Assembly (NCBI GenBank): GCA_943357245.1
Contig: CALRGH010000001.1
Location: 13,456 to 77,455 of the forward strand
DNA length: 64,000 nucleotides
Source of the DNA: Candidatus Nomurabacteria bacterium
GTDB lineage: Bacteria > Patescibacteriota > Minisyncoccia > Phycocordibacterales > UBA9973
Direction: 5' to 3'
Positions 20,314-30,769 of this stretch are shown piece after piece (position 1 is the first letter of the stretch; each line of letters opens with the position of its first letter). A model generated the notes under the pieces. That model was not told the origin of the DNA. It searched no databases and saw only the letters and a program-made list of their open reading frames with translations. Both the position numbers and the translations under genes were made by a program.

Positions 20314-22269
20314 ATGCCACACACAAAGAAAGATACGCAGGGTGCTCATGACAAAAAATCATCTGCTCACACACACAAATCGAAGCCGAAAAAAGACCCA
20401 ACAACATATCAAGGAATCATTCTCTTAAACCGTCGCGGGAACGGTTTTTTGCTACATGCCGGTGAGAAAATAACCGTAAGTGCAAAAGATCTCGCTACTG
20501 CACAGCATGGCGACACGGTGAAATTCACGATCTATACAACAAAATGGGGCAAAGGTGCTGATGTCCGTGAAATTATCTCTCGTCGCAAAACCGCCTTCAC
20601 GGGCGTCCTCCGCAAACAAAACGGCGCATACATAGTTCTCGCCGACGATACAAAATTCAACACGCCGATTTTGGTGCATGATGGCTTCCCTTCTGCAATA
20701 AAAGAAGGTGACAAAGTATATATAGACATCACTGATTGGACTGTGGGAAAATTGGGCGGTAGTATTCGAGAAATATTGGGCACACACGGTGAACACAAAA
20801 CAGAAATGGCAAGTATTCTCCGCGACCGTTCGCTTGTCGAAGGATTCCCTGACCACATAGAAAAAGCAGCTGAATCTTTATATGACAATTACGATCCTGA
20901 TCTTGAAGCAAAAACGCGCCGAGATTTTCGCGGTATCGCGACATTTACTATCGATCCTGTTGATGCAAAAGATTTCGACGATGCGCTTTCCTACGAAACA
21001 CTTCCTGACGGCTCGTACGAAGTCGGTGTGCACATTGCCGATGTCTCGCACTTTATCAGACCAAATGACACACTCGATCAACTCGCTCAAGAACGCGGCA
21101 CGTCTATTTATTTGGTTGATCGCGTTATTCCCATGCTTCCGGAAACACTATCAAACGACTTAGCGAGTTTGAAAGAAAAAGTAGACCGTCTCACCATGAG
21201 TGCGGTGTTCACGTTTAATAAAGAAGGGCAAATTATAAAAGAATGGTTTGGTAAGACCATTATTTATTCGCAAAAAAGATTTAGTTATGAATCTGCAGAA
21301 GCGATTCTCGACGGTGGCGAAGGCCCTTTTCAAAAAGAACTGCTCGCATTAAATACAATCGCAAAATCAAGAATAAAAGGTCGTGCAGTTCGCGGTGCAC
21401 TAGAGCTCGACAGCGATGAAGTAAAAGCGGATTTAAATGCAGACGGACTTATTGTCGGATTCCATCACAAAACACGCGGTCAAAGTCACCGACTTGTTGA
21501 AGAACTCATGCTTTTGGCAAATGAATACGTCGCAACATTTATCGAGAAGAAAACAAAAGTCATTGGCTTCTATCGCATTCACGACAATCCAGAACTCGGA
21601 CGCATCGAAGATTTGCGCGGATTTCTTGCAAAACTTGATTATAAATTAGAAGGCAAAGGTGGTGACCCGTTGCGCAAAAGTTTTCGTAAAATTTTAAAGT
21701 TAGCAGCGGATGACAAAGCACATGATGCAATTCAAGTGTCTATTATTCGCAGTATGGCAAAAGCGATTTACTCAACCACCAACAAAGGCCACTTTGGTTT
21801 GGCGCTCGGCACCTACACGCACTTCACCTCACCTATTCGCCGATATCCAGATGTCATCGTGCACCGCATTTTGCAAGCACTCCTCACAGGCGTAAACGAA
21901 CCCTACAATGTACAAACATTACATTCATTTGCGGACACAACATCTGCACAAGAGCGAAATGCGCAAGATGCAGAACGCTCATCTATCAAATTAAAACAAA
22001 TGGAATATTTACTCGCACGAAAAGAAAACATATTTACCGGACGTATCACCAATATCAATGGCTGGGGCGCATTCGTGGAAGAGCAAACATCTGCATGTGA
22101 AGGATTTATCAAAGTAGAATTATTTCCGAAAGAATGTGTCTTTGATGAGAAAAAATTGCAGATTGAAAATAAAACAACGAATCAAATCTGGCGCATCGGT
22201 GATGAACTTCCTATTAAAGTCGCAAACGTAGATATGGATAGAAAAGAGGTGGATTTCAAGCTGGCATAA
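20314..22269 (+). CDS. rnr: Ribonuclease R / RNase II family exoribonuclease
   Basis: FTIDPVDAKDFDDA, VHIADVS, YTHFTSPIRRYPD, C-terminal S1; start at MPHTKK after TGcTATAGT. Confidence 0.93.
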   Translation: MPHTKKDTQGAHDKKSSAHTHKSKPKKDPTTYQGIILLNRRGNGFLLHAGEKITVSAKDLATAQHGDTVKFTIYTTKWGKGADVREIISRRKTAFTGVLRKQNGAYIVLADDTKFNTPILVHDGFPSAIKEGDKVYIDITDWTVGKLGGSIREILGTHGEHKTEMASILRDRSLVEGFPDHIEKAAESLYDNYDPDLEAKTRRDFRGIATFTIDPVDAKDFDDALSYETLPDGSYEVGVHIADVSHFIRPNDTLDQLAQERGTSIYLVDRVIPMLPETLSNDLASLKEKVDRLTMSAVFTFNKEGQIIKEWFGKTIIYSQKRFSYESAEAILDGGEGPFQKELLALNTIAKSRIKGRAVRGALELDSDEVKADLNADGLIVGFHHKTRGQSHRLVEELMLLANEYVATFIEKKTKVIGFYRIHDNPELGRIEDLRGFLAKLDYKLEGKGGDPLRKSFRKILKLAADDKAHDAIQVSIIRSMAKAIYSTTNKGHFGLALGTYTHFTSPIRRYPDVIVHRILQALLTGVNEPYNVQTLHSFADTTSAQERNAQDAERSSIKLKQMEYLLARKENIFTGRITNINGWGAFVEEQTSACEGFIKVELFPKECVFDEKKLQIENKTTNQIWRIGDELPIKVANVDMDRKEVDFKLA

Positions 22270-22306
22270 GTTGGTAGCAAGTAGCAAGGGTTTCAAAACA
22301 ATATAA

Positions 22307-22349
22307 ACACAAGTGCAGGATTTGGCGAAGCCAAATCCTGCACTTGTGT
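22307..22349. repeat. Perfect palindrome, 20-bp arms, GCGAAGC core; flanked by inverted heptamer arrays (22270-22290, 22351-22382)
   Basis: acacaagtgcaggatttggc gaa gccaaatcctgcacttgtgt. Confidence 0.95.
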
Positions 22350-22406
22350 CTTCCCTGCTACTTGCTACCAGTACCTTGCTACAAGCAGTATGCTACCATA
22401 CTGCTT

Positions 22407-23441
22407 ATGCGTTACCTCATCCTCCCTATTTCCATCGCACTTTTCATTGCCGCTATCGGCTTTATTCCTGCGCGCGATTCTATTATTAGTGACGGCAAAA
22501 AAGAAACCCCGACAAAAATGATCGAACAACAAGAGCCTGTTCCAGAATTACCAAAAAGTACCAGTATTGTATTTGGTGGCGACATCATGCTTGCGCGAAG
22601 CGTGCGCACAAGCGTAGAGAAAAATTTTGGCGGCGACTACTCAAAACTATTTGATAATCTCACTGTATTCCGCGATGCAGATATCGCATTTGCAAATCTT
22701 GAAGGACCCATTTCCGAAAATGGTAAAAATGTCGGTAGTATTTATTCATTTCGATTTGATCCTAAAGTTGCGCCAGTCTTAGCTGATGCAGGATTTGATG
22801 TTGTCTCATTTGCAAATAATCATGTCGGCGATTGGACCAAGCGTGCATTTGATGACACGCTCGTGCATTTACAAAATGCGGGTATTGGATTTACTGGTGC
22901 AGGTATTAATAAACAACAAGCAGGGACGCCATATGTCATAGAAAAAAATGGCGTGCGGTATGGATTTCTTGCACTATCTGATGTTGGTCCAAACTGGCTC
23001 ATGGCAACAGACACAAGTGCTGGTATTTTAATTGCAGATTCTAAAACACTTCCACAAATCGTAACCGATGCAAAAACGTGGTGCGATTTTCTTATTGTGT
23101 CATTCCACTGGGGTACCGAATACAAACCGCACAATGCACGACAGACAACATTGGCACACACAGCGATAGATAATGGCGCCGACATGATTATTGGCGCACA
23201 TCCACATGTGGAGCAAGCGACGGAATGGTATAAAAATAAGTTTATCGCGTACAGTTTGGGTAATTTGATTTTCGACCAATATTTTTCTCCTGCAACCATG
23301 CAGGGACTTATCATCCGCGCAGATATTGATATCGACCACAATGTCACCATCAAAAAATACACCATGAAATTAAATACGATGTACCAGCCGGAATCTGTTA
23401 CTGAAAAAATAGAGGCTCCTGAAAATACTCCCCAAGAATAA
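22407..23441 (+). CDS. CapA-family metallophosphatase-fold protein
   Basis: GGDIML, NLEGP, ANNH, FHWGTEY, GAHPHV, YSLGNLIFDQ; N-terminal signal/TM. Confidence 0.9.
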   Translation: MRYLILPISIALFIAAIGFIPARDSIISDGKKETPTKMIEQQEPVPELPKSTSIVFGGDIMLARSVRTSVEKNFGGDYSKLFDNLTVFRDADIAFANLEGPISENGKNVGSIYSFRFDPKVAPVLADAGFDVVSFANNHVGDWTKRAFDDTLVHLQNAGIGFTGAGINKQQAGTPYVIEKNGVRYGFLALSDVGPNWLMATDTSAGILIADSKTLPQIVTDAKTWCDFLIVSFHWGTEYKPHNARQTTLAHTAIDNGADMIIGAHPHVEQATEWYKNKFIAYSLGNLIFDQYFSPATMQGLIIRADIDIDHNVTIKKYTMKLNTMYQPESVTEKIEAPENTPQE

Positions 23442-23448
23442 ATTGGTT

Positions 23449-23491
23449 ACAGTGTGCTCGAATTTGGCTTCGCCAAATTCGAGCACACTGT
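23449..23491. repeat. Perfect palindrome, 20-bp arms, GCTTCGC core (GCGAAGC on minus strand)
   Basis: acagtgtgctcgaatttggc ttc gccaaattcgagcacactgt. Confidence 0.95.
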
Positions 23492-23593
23492 TTTACCCCT
23501 ATCCCCACGCATCACCTGTTCCACGGCACCTTTTCTGCTATACTTGTTAGAAGTAACACGCTCTCTTTTTATTATGCTAATTTCACCTATCCT

Positions 23594-23884
23594 ATGAAAA
23601 CCATAGACGACTTTGTCGATAAACTTATTGTCGAGAAGAATTTTGATACCAAAGACCCTGAAGTGGTGGCACAACTTAAGACTGACTTACTCACACGCAT
23701 AGACGACCGCATAAAAGCTATGATTATGAGTAATATGCGAGAAGACAAGCTTGCTGAATTTAAAAGTATGCTTGATGGGGGCGATGAAGCAAAAATAGGC
23801 CAGTACATCCGCGACCAAATTCCTGATATTGATGAAAAAACAGCGGCCGTGCTGCTGACATTTAAAACGATTTATCTTTCCTAA
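23594..23884 (+). CDS. Small helical CPR-type protein (DUF5663-like)
   Basis: 96-aa amphipathic pattern, IGQYIRDQIPDIDE; family recalled, not searched. Confidence 0.6.
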   Translation: MKTIDDFVDKLIVEKNFDTKDPEVVAQLKTDLLTRIDDRIKAMIMSNMREDKLAEFKSMLDGGDEAKIGQYIRDQIPDIDEKTAAVLLTFKTIYLS

Positions 23885-23889
23885 CCACC

Positions 23890-26800
23890 ATGTCACCCGA
23901 AGTACCCGACGCAGATAAAATAGAGAAAAAAATATTCAAAGCGGCGATCATCAACACCGATGAACTTGTGAAATCCCAAGCACGGGATATTGGTGATGCA
24001 AAAATGACAGAATCGAAAGAAGACCGCGACGCAAATTGGTTTACCAGAAACGCAAAACGAATTTGGAAACACAATATTGCCCAAGAGTGGTATCGCCAGC
24101 GAGAAATTTCTCGAGCAAAGAAAGATATTTTAGAGAAACACGACCTTTATGTGGGAGAAAAAGGATTTAATCCGGATACCAACACTCCAGATGGGCAATC
24201 ACACACTGAGGCAATGCAAGCAATCATTGATCGTTTTACGAGCGAATACGAAGATGAAGAAGTGTTACATACAGGAGAAACGCGGAAGACGATCGAAGGC
24301 GCTGCAATCAACACAAATATCAAAGAGCTCATCAAGCGGTATGTAAAAGATAATCTGCCGGATGAAGAATTTGATGAACAGAAAAAACGTATCCTTTCTA
24401 AATATGACAAGAGAACTGCATCAGACAAAAGTTTGTACGCGGATAATTTACTTGCTATCGCCAATGAAGTAAAGAGTGCTGTCGCGCACGGGACAAAACT
24501 TGCAGAGCTTGATTTTGATGTTGAGATCACCCTCGGTAACGCGCGTGAAAGTTTGAGCACGGAGGCACATAACACCTTTGATAAAGCCATCGATGGATTG
24601 CAAAATACCAAAATCGGTAAATACCTCGCGAACGAACCAGCAGTGCTTGGTATCTTGGCTGGCGCATATGAATTAGGAAGAAACAGTATTCAAAGAACTG
24701 TTCGTTCAAAAGGGCTCCAGTGGGCAACGTTCGGCGGTGCAGCGCTTTTAGCTGGTGGTATCAGTGCAGTAAAAGAGCGCGCACGATTTACCCGAGAGCG
24801 CGCGCAGCATCAACGTGAACAAACAAAAGGCATGGAGTTCAAAGAACCTGATATGAAGCGCCGCAAAGAAATGGGTGAAACAGATTACGAAACAAAAAAG
24901 GCAGCAAGTATCATTGAGGATTTGGGCGCCGATCTTGCAAAAATGCATGAGGGAGACGCAACGAATGAAGAAATAAATGCGATCGTAGACCGCCTTGCTG
25001 AGCTTGAATCACGCATCAAGTTGAACGATCAAGAGAAAATTGATCTCATTACCTACGATAAATTTAATACCGTTGAAAAAGATCGCACCGCAATGGATCT
25101 TGGGCGCGCAGAGCTCAAAGTAGCGCTTCGTCGTGCAGGGCGGGAGTTTCAAAATGGAGAAGAAAAAGTTGATTTTGATACTGCATTACGCCTCCTTACC
25201 GAATCCAAAAAAACAGAGTTGCTTGGGGGCGAATCAGGTATTACTGCCCAGAACAAAGAATTTGCAAAACTAAGAAATAGCCGCGCATGGAAAGCCTTCG
25301 CGACAACGACATTGGCAAGTGCGACGGTTGGTGTCCTCTTCCAAGAAGGAAAAGCACTCCTTGATGCTTCACAAGACGGCATTATCGAAGGCACCATCAA
25401 ACATTTTAATAATAAAGAAGATTTGGTTAAACATGGTACTGGTCTTGAAGCACTGCGACGGTGGTTTACCGGGGATCATGCGATGATGCCACACAACGAC
25501 GCATCACTCTTGCATGAAGGTGTCGTTGCTGGCGGACACTTGCAATTGCCAAAAGGAATTAATTTGAAACCCGCCGATGGTACTAATAATTTTGATATTG
25601 TGCGCGATAACGGCAATGTTGTTGTTTCCGACGTGCATATGGAATTCGATGAGAACGGAGACCTCTCTGACGAAACAAAACAAGCGCTCGCGAAGAGTGG
25701 TGTCATAAGCGAGTTTGGAATAGTTGGAGAAAAAACAACAGAGACAGTTACCGAACCAGCGCAAGACTATCTAGACAACCACGCTGGTCTGACACAAAAA
25801 ATTCATCGCGAGCTCTGGTACGACAATGACACCCCACACCCATTTGATGGGAATGAATTGCGCACCGATTGGGGCGGCGACCGCAATACCGGTATCGATG
25901 CAAATGGCAATTATGTATTCAATGTGTCTCGTATGACAGAGGATGGCTCATTCCACAGTGCAAGCAGTGTTGATGCAAAAGAGGCAATAGGAAAAGGAAA
26001 TCTCAAAATGCTCTTTTCCCTCTCCCGCGATACGCAGCACCAAGTATTCGAAGTACAGATTGATGCAGATGGTAATGCGATCATTGATCCAAAAAGCGAA
26101 CTTGGCAAACTACTGTTTGAAAACCAAAACGGCCATGCGGTATTCACCGGCAAATTCGCCGAAGTAGCACAATCTATGGGCACGGCAGAAGACGGCGGAG
26201 AAAATGTACGTATTTTGGGTACGCATGTAGGCTTGGGTAAAGACACTGTTACCGACATCGTACCTACAGATACAACAGTCGGAAAAGTACTGCTCGATAT
26301 TCCAGAAGAAACCACGTACGACACATTAGTCGTTCCAATAGTAGGTCCTCGACGACCTCTTGAACGCGGCAAGTATGCAAAAGACGCAACCGTAGAATCG
26401 AATCGCGCACGAGAAGCTCAACACCGAGCTGAAGATGCAGAAAATAGAGCGGCAGCGGGCACCGCTGTAGCCGCGGAAACAGCATATATTGCAGGAGGTG
26501 TGTCCTACTCGCCAGATCGAGGAGTTACGGGTTTTGGAGAATATACCATAGGGATGAATACAGATCATGTGTATGGATTTGTGGGTCTTGATAGAAAAAC
26601 GACAGATGCAAGATTAAAGGACGTCAAAAAATACACCCACCCAGAAGTAATCGTGTTCGAGGAAGATACAACAAAACGAGACGCTGCGCTCAAACAAATA
26701 CAAGATCTCAAGAGATGGTATCCGAGAGTCAAATTCACCTATATTGCCCTTCCGACAAATATGGATAAAGTAGAGCCAAAGGAAGTAAAAAAATATACAG

Positions 26801-27075
26801 AGCAACGTTTCAAATATATTCTTGAATCTTCATCGCTTGATAAAAAAGTACGTCATGAACTTTACGTCGAGGAATCACTTGAAAAAGAATTGCTTGCTGA
26901 CGTTGAAAGTGCAGAATGGGAAGCATATGTACGGAGTAATTACAAAGCATCCGACGAGCGACTCTATACGATTGCATGGAAAGAAAAAAATAAACAATTA
27001 CTTTCCCACAAAGAACGTATTATTTACGAAGACAACAAAAAGGCCGTTGATAAGTTAATCGGGAAAATAAAATAA
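23890..27075 (+). CDS. Large hypothetical protein (1061 aa): helical N-half, hydrophobic helices, beta-rich middle
   Basis: Long ORF 5 nt after the small gene; hairpin at about 27078-27102. Confidence 0.8.
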   Translation: MSPEVPDADKIEKKIFKAAIINTDELVKSQARDIGDAKMTESKEDRDANWFTRNAKRIWKHNIAQEWYRQREISRAKKDILEKHDLYVGEKGFNPDTNTPDGQSHTEAMQAIIDRFTSEYEDEEVLHTGETRKTIEGAAINTNIKELIKRYVKDNLPDEEFDEQKKRILSKYDKRTASDKSLYADNLLAIANEVKSAVAHGTKLAELDFDVEITLGNARESLSTEAHNTFDKAIDGLQNTKIGKYLANEPAVLGILAGAYELGRNSIQRTVRSKGLQWATFGGAALLAGGISAVKERARFTRERAQHQREQTKGMEFKEPDMKRRKEMGETDYETKKAASIIEDLGADLAKMHEGDATNEEINAIVDRLAELESRIKLNDQEKIDLITYDKFNTVEKDRTAMDLGRAELKVALRRAGREFQNGEEKVDFDTALRLLTESKKTELLGGESGITAQNKEFAKLRNSRAWKAFATTTLASATVGVLFQEGKALLDASQDGIIEGTIKHFNNKEDLVKHGTGLEALRRWFTGDHAMMPHNDASLLHEGVVAGGHLQLPKGINLKPADGTNNFDIVRDNGNVVVSDVHMEFDENGDLSDETKQALAKSGVISEFGIVGEKTTETVTEPAQDYLDNHAGLTQKIHRELWYDNDTPHPFDGNELRTDWGGDRNTGIDANGNYVFNVSRMTEDGSFHSASSVDAKEAIGKGNLKMLFSLSRDTQHQVFEVQIDADGNAIIDPKSELGKLLFENQNGHAVFTGKFAEVAQSMGTAEDGGENVRILGTHVGLGKDTVTDIVPTDTTVGKVLLDIPEETTYDTLVVPIVGPRRPLERGKYAKDATVESNRAREAQHRAEDAENRAAAGTAVAAETAYIAGGVSYSPDRGVTGFGEYTIGMNTDHVYGFVGLDRKTTDARLKDVKKYTHPEVIVFEEDTTKRDAALKQIQDLKRWYPRVKFTYIALPTNMDKVEPKEVKKYTEQRFKYILESSSLDKKVRHELYVEESLEKELLADVESAEWEAYVRSNYKASDERLYTIAWKEKNKQLLSHKERIIYEDNKKAVDKLIGKIK

Positions 27076-27127
27076 AAAAGCCCCCCGATAATCGGGGAGC
27101 TTGAGAAAAGATAATTCAATAATTTAA

Positions 27128-27742
27128 TTAGGTTGGCTGCTGGTTCGCTTGCTGAGGTTGCACTTGCTGTTGGCGGGGAAGTTTTGCCAATTCAAGGCTG
27201 TTGATAGTAGTGCCGAACATCTCTATTTCAACATTCGGATTGCCATTCATGTCATGGTTCATCTTCATTCTGCCTCCACCACCATTAGTGATTGTGGTTA
27301 TCACTTGTTCTCCATAATAAGGAAATAAATTCCTTCTTCTGTTGGTAATCATATACACAATCCCGGCAATGAGTAATCCAGCAATAATGATAGCAAGGAT
27401 AGTGTAGAGGAGGTCCTGAGTACTCATCCCGTTTCCGCCGTCTTTCTTTGCAGCATCGCCACCAATAGTTATTGTATTGATATTTTGCGGATTGGTATTG
27501 GCATTTGCGGACGGAATCTGCACATGCACATTTGCAATCGTTGTATCAACACTTACCAATCTGTTACCGGTTACTTTGCCTGTTGTGCAGGAAGTAATCG
27601 GAGAAGTGTGGTAATTGGTAACCGGAAATGAGAAGTCAACAGTAACTTTGTCAGAGCTCGGTTGAGCAGTAACACTTGGGCAATTGAGGTTCAAAAGTGC
27701 AATTGCGAACACTGTAGACAAAAGAATGGTTATCTTTTTCAT
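27128..27742 (-). CDS. Hypothetical secreted / single-pass membrane protein
   Basis: Signal peptide MKKITILLSTVFAIALL, later TM, Gln-rich tail; own TTGACT-17-TACAAT promoter near 27780-27808. Confidence 0.7.
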   Translation of the reverse strand: MKKITILLSTVFAIALLNLNCPSVTAQPSSDKVTVDFSFPVTNYHTSPITSCTTGKVTGNRLVSVDTTIANVHVQIPSANANTNPQNINTITIGGDAAKKDGGNGMSTQDLLYTILAIIIAGLLIAGIVYMITNRRRNLFPYYGEQVITTITNGGGGRMKMNHDMNGNPNVEIEMFGTTINSLELAKLPRQQQVQPQQANQQPT

Positions 27743-27864
27743 GGGTCGTGGGTTTTTATTTTTAGTTAAACTTGAATACATTGTAGCATACCCTATTATA
27801 AAAGTCAAGTACCTTCCCGTACGCCCTAAAAAAGCCCCTATTTAAAGCGTTTTACCAAGGTAGC

Positions 27865-27906
27865 CCAAAAGCAGGGTTTGGCCTATAAGCCAAACCCTGC
27901 TTTTGG
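27865..27906. repeat. Perfect palindrome, 18-bp arms, TTTGGC..GCCAAA core; C-rich short-unit array follows to the smc stop
   Basis: ccaaaagcagggtttggc ctataa gccaaaccctgcttttgg. Confidence 0.95.
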
Positions 27907-27952
27907 TATTTTGTCGCTCATTACCCCCTAAAACCTAACCCCCCTACCCTGT

Positions 27953-30223
27953 CTATTTGGCATACTGCCCTGCCTCATCAAGCTTGATGGAAAGGACTTT
28001 TGAGACACTGTCGGAGCCAATGGTGACACCGTAGAGCACGCCAGCACGAGACATTGTTTCGCGATTGTGGGTGACGACAACGAGTTCTGATATGTGCGAG
28101 AGTCGCTCAATCATACTGCCGTATTTGCGAGAGTTCGCTTCATCGAGCGCAGCGTCAGTCTCATCGAGCACCAAAAATGGCGGCGGGTTTACTTGTGATA
28201 TTGCAAAGAGAAGCGCGATAGACGTAAGACTACGTTCCCCACCGGAGAGCATTGCGAGATCGCGCACTTTTTTCTGTGGCAGAGATACATGGACTTCGAC
28301 ACCACGTTCAAATCCTTCTTCGGCTTCTTCTGGTGAATCCGAAATGGACAAGTCCTCTTCGTCATCAGTTATTTTCGGCTTGCGCTTATGCATCATCGTC
28401 ACTTCGAGAAATGCGTCTCCCCCACCAAACATCACTTTGAAAAAATCTTTGAATTGCGTATTGATTTTGTGAATACCGCTTTTAAATTCTGCTTCGAGCT
28501 TCTCGCGCAGATCCATAATGAGCTCTTCTAAATTTTTGATTGCATCCGTTACATCAGCGAGTTCTTTTATTAAAAATGTATCGCGCTCTTGCGCTTCTTG
28601 ATATTCTTTTATGGTATCAATACCTGAACCGCCGCCGATTTCCTCGAGTTTTATTTTTGCACGTTCAAGTGTGTGTTTTAATGTTGCGCGTTCTTCGACA
28701 CTCAATACTTCCGGCGCATTGCGCGCAAGTTGGCCAATTTCTGGACCGATGAGCACACCACCTTCGCGAAGTTCTAAATCAAAGGCTTCGTTGTCGCGAG
28801 TATGTCTCTCTTCAACAAGCGTCAGCGCACGAAGCTCTGAAAGTGTTCGCTCGAACGCTTGGCGTGCTTCGTAATACGCACGTTCTTCTTCTCGAGCATT
28901 CGTGGTTTCGTACTTTATTTTTTCTTCTAAGACCTCAATCTCTTTTGTAATGTGTGCTTCTTGTTGTTGTAACTCTGTATACGTTGTTTGCGCAGCAGCT
29001 AGCTCTTGTTCGATGCGCGCAATATCGTCATGCGTTTTTTCTTCGTGCGCGGATTCTGCAATACTAGATTTAAATTGCGCAACCGCATGACGAATTGCGG
29101 TCAAGCGTTCCAATATTTCTTCTTTTGTAGATTCTGTAAATGCACGGTCTGCGTCTTCTAAAATGACGTCGCACAAGTTTGATACTTTTTCGTAGGATAT
29201 TGGTGCATGTTCATGATATGCCGTATGTACTGGCTTTTTGACAAGCTCGAGCGCACCTTCCAAACGACCAAGTACGCGAAGTAATGCATCTCGCTCTTCA
29301 GTTATTTTTCGGCGCTTTGCAATGAGCTCGATGCGTTCTTTCTGTTCAGCACTTTCAACACTGCCACCGTGCGACATTTTTTGTTCGTGCTCTGCGACAC
29401 TTTTTTCATGGAGTCGTTTTGCATCAAGCAGAGATTTTTTCTGCTCACCAATCGTTGCTTGTTCTTGTATGAGATATGCATGCACCGATGGCAAATATCT
29501 GCCGTACATTTCTTTTACTTCTTCGCGAAGTGATTTTGTGCGTTCTATTTTCTCAACTTGTTTTTTGAGGAACGTAATGTGCGGTGCGATTTCTCGGCGA
29601 AGACTTTGTGCCTCGCGCATATTCTCGCGAGATTTTTCTAATTTACGTTCGCTCTCACGAATACGATATTGATAGACTTTGAGCCCAAGCGCATCTTCGA
29701 TCATCTCTCGGCGATCTTTGGCACGTGCCGTAAGAATATGATCTGCCTCGCCTTGAGAGATAATGTGGTGACCGGATGCGCCAATGTGTACCGACGAGAG
29801 AAGTTCGACAATATCTTTGAGGCGCACATCCGTGCCATTTATTTTGTACGCTGATGAACCATCGGCGTACACTTCGCGAGTAATGGATATTTCATCAAAA
29901 TCTACGGAGAGTGCTCCGTCAGCTGACGGATCGCCCGCACTTGCGAATTGGAATTTGCGATTGTGATTATCAAAGACAATCGTGACTGATGCGCGTGACG
30001 GTGCGACGGTTCCCTTGCCTCCTTTGAAGATAAGATCAGTGCCACCTTTTCCGCGCAGCGATTTCATCGACTGTTCACCGAGCACGAAACGAATAGCTTC
30101 GACAACGTTTGATTTGCCCGAACCATTGGGACCAACAATGCCCGTGACCGGAGACGTAAAAATAAACTCGGTCTTCTTGCCGAATGATTTGAAACCGTTA
30201 AGTTCAAGGCGCTTGAGCGTCAT
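27953..30223 (-). CDS. smc: SMC-family ATPase, short form
   Basis: GFKSF, GPNGSGKSN, LRG..DLIF, IISQG, LSGGE, LDETDAALDEAN, VVTH. Confidence 0.9.
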   Translation of the reverse strand: MTLKRLELNGFKSFGKKTEFIFTSPVTGIVGPNGSGKSNVVEAIRFVLGEQSMKSLRGKGGTDLIFKGGKGTVAPSRASVTIVFDNHNRKFQFASAGDPSADGALSVDFDEISITREVYADGSSAYKINGTDVRLKDIVELLSSVHIGASGHHIISQGEADHILTARAKDRREMIEDALGLKVYQYRIRESERKLEKSRENMREAQSLRREIAPHITFLKKQVEKIERTKSLREEVKEMYGRYLPSVHAYLIQEQATIGEQKKSLLDAKRLHEKSVAEHEQKMSHGGSVESAEQKERIELIAKRRKITEERDALLRVLGRLEGALELVKKPVHTAYHEHAPISYEKVSNLCDVILEDADRAFTESTKEEILERLTAIRHAVAQFKSSIAESAHEEKTHDDIARIEQELAAAQTTYTELQQQEAHITKEIEVLEEKIKYETTNAREEERAYYEARQAFERTLSELRALTLVEERHTRDNEAFDLELREGGVLIGPEIGQLARNAPEVLSVEERATLKHTLERAKIKLEEIGGGSGIDTIKEYQEAQERDTFLIKELADVTDAIKNLEELIMDLREKLEAEFKSGIHKINTQFKDFFKVMFGGGDAFLEVTMMHKRKPKITDDEEDLSISDSPEEAEEGFERGVEVHVSLPQKKVRDLAMLSGGERSLTSIALLFAISQVNPPPFLVLDETDAALDEANSRKYGSMIERLSHISELVVVTHNRETMSRAGVLYGVTIGSDSVSKVLSIKLDEAGQYAK

Positions 30224-30266
30224 AATATGCTTTTAATTATAACGTTAATTTGGTTATTTTGAATGC

Positions 30267-30295
30267 TTGACAAATATATTTTAATATGCTATTAT
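30267..30295 (+). promoter_or_regulatory. Near-consensus sigma70 promoter
   Basis: TTGACA-17 bp-TATTAT with extended TG. Confidence 0.75.
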
Positions 30296-30313
30296 ACCAA
30301 TAAACCATACAGT

Positions 30314-30577
30314 ATGAAAAAGATAAAAATAGGAATGAATTCTTTGCTTTACTTTGCAAAAAAAGTTACCGAAACCGTTTCATTTATGAAGGAAAAAACA
30401 TTGATTAAAGCAGGTACCACATGGGAAATCGTTGAACCAGGCCCCGGTCATCTTGACAGCGGAGTGAGTTTAAAAAATATTGAAACCGGAAAAAGAATTT
30501 ATATTCATACACAAAGAGAATTTGCGGCGATACTATTAGATGAGAGCCATGAAATTTATGTTATAGAAAAACAATAA
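30314..30577 (+). CDS. Hypothetical protein (AT-rich orphan)
   Basis: ORF between a consensus promoter and hairpin-U terminator at about 30596-30622. Confidence 0.65.
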   Translation: MKKIKIGMNSLLYFAKKVTETVSFMKEKTLIKAGTTWEIVEPGPGHLDSGVSLKNIETGKRIYIHTQREFAAILLDESHEIYVIEKQ

Positions 30578-30633
30578 AATTATTTCAAGTATTACATCAG
30601 CTCCTACGGGGCTGATTTTTTTATTTCGCGTTG

Positions 30634-30665
30634 GCCTGGGTCCCGATTTTCATCGGGGTGACACA
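30634..30665 (-). repeat. Solo TGTGTCA-hairpin-CCAGGC REP-like element
   Basis: Minus strand tgtgtcac cccgat gaaa atcggg acccaggc; ends match the GIY-YIG-flanking repeats. Confidence 0.75.
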
Positions 30666-30675
30666 GAGAACAATA

Positions 30676-30720
30676 ACAAAAAAGGATTGGATTTGCTTCG
30701 CAAATCCAATCCTTTTTTGT
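30676..30720. repeat. Perfect palindrome, 21-bp arms, GCTTCGC core
   Basis: acaaaaaaggattggatttgc ttc gcaaatccaatccttttttgt. Confidence 0.95.
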
Positions 30721-30727
30721 GTGTTCA

Positions 30728-30769
30728 CTAAACCCTAAGCCCTAAACGCTATACCCTATTTCCTAACTC
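30728..30769. repeat. Heptamer array (CTAnnnn)x6 containing the rnc stop
   Basis: ctaaacc ctaagcc ctaaacg ctatacc ctatttc ctaactc. Confidence 0.85.

Noticed and set aside
22407-23441. Poly-gamma-glutamate capsule operon
   Set aside because: CapA-family gene is alone with no capB/capC; such stand-alone genes are widespread
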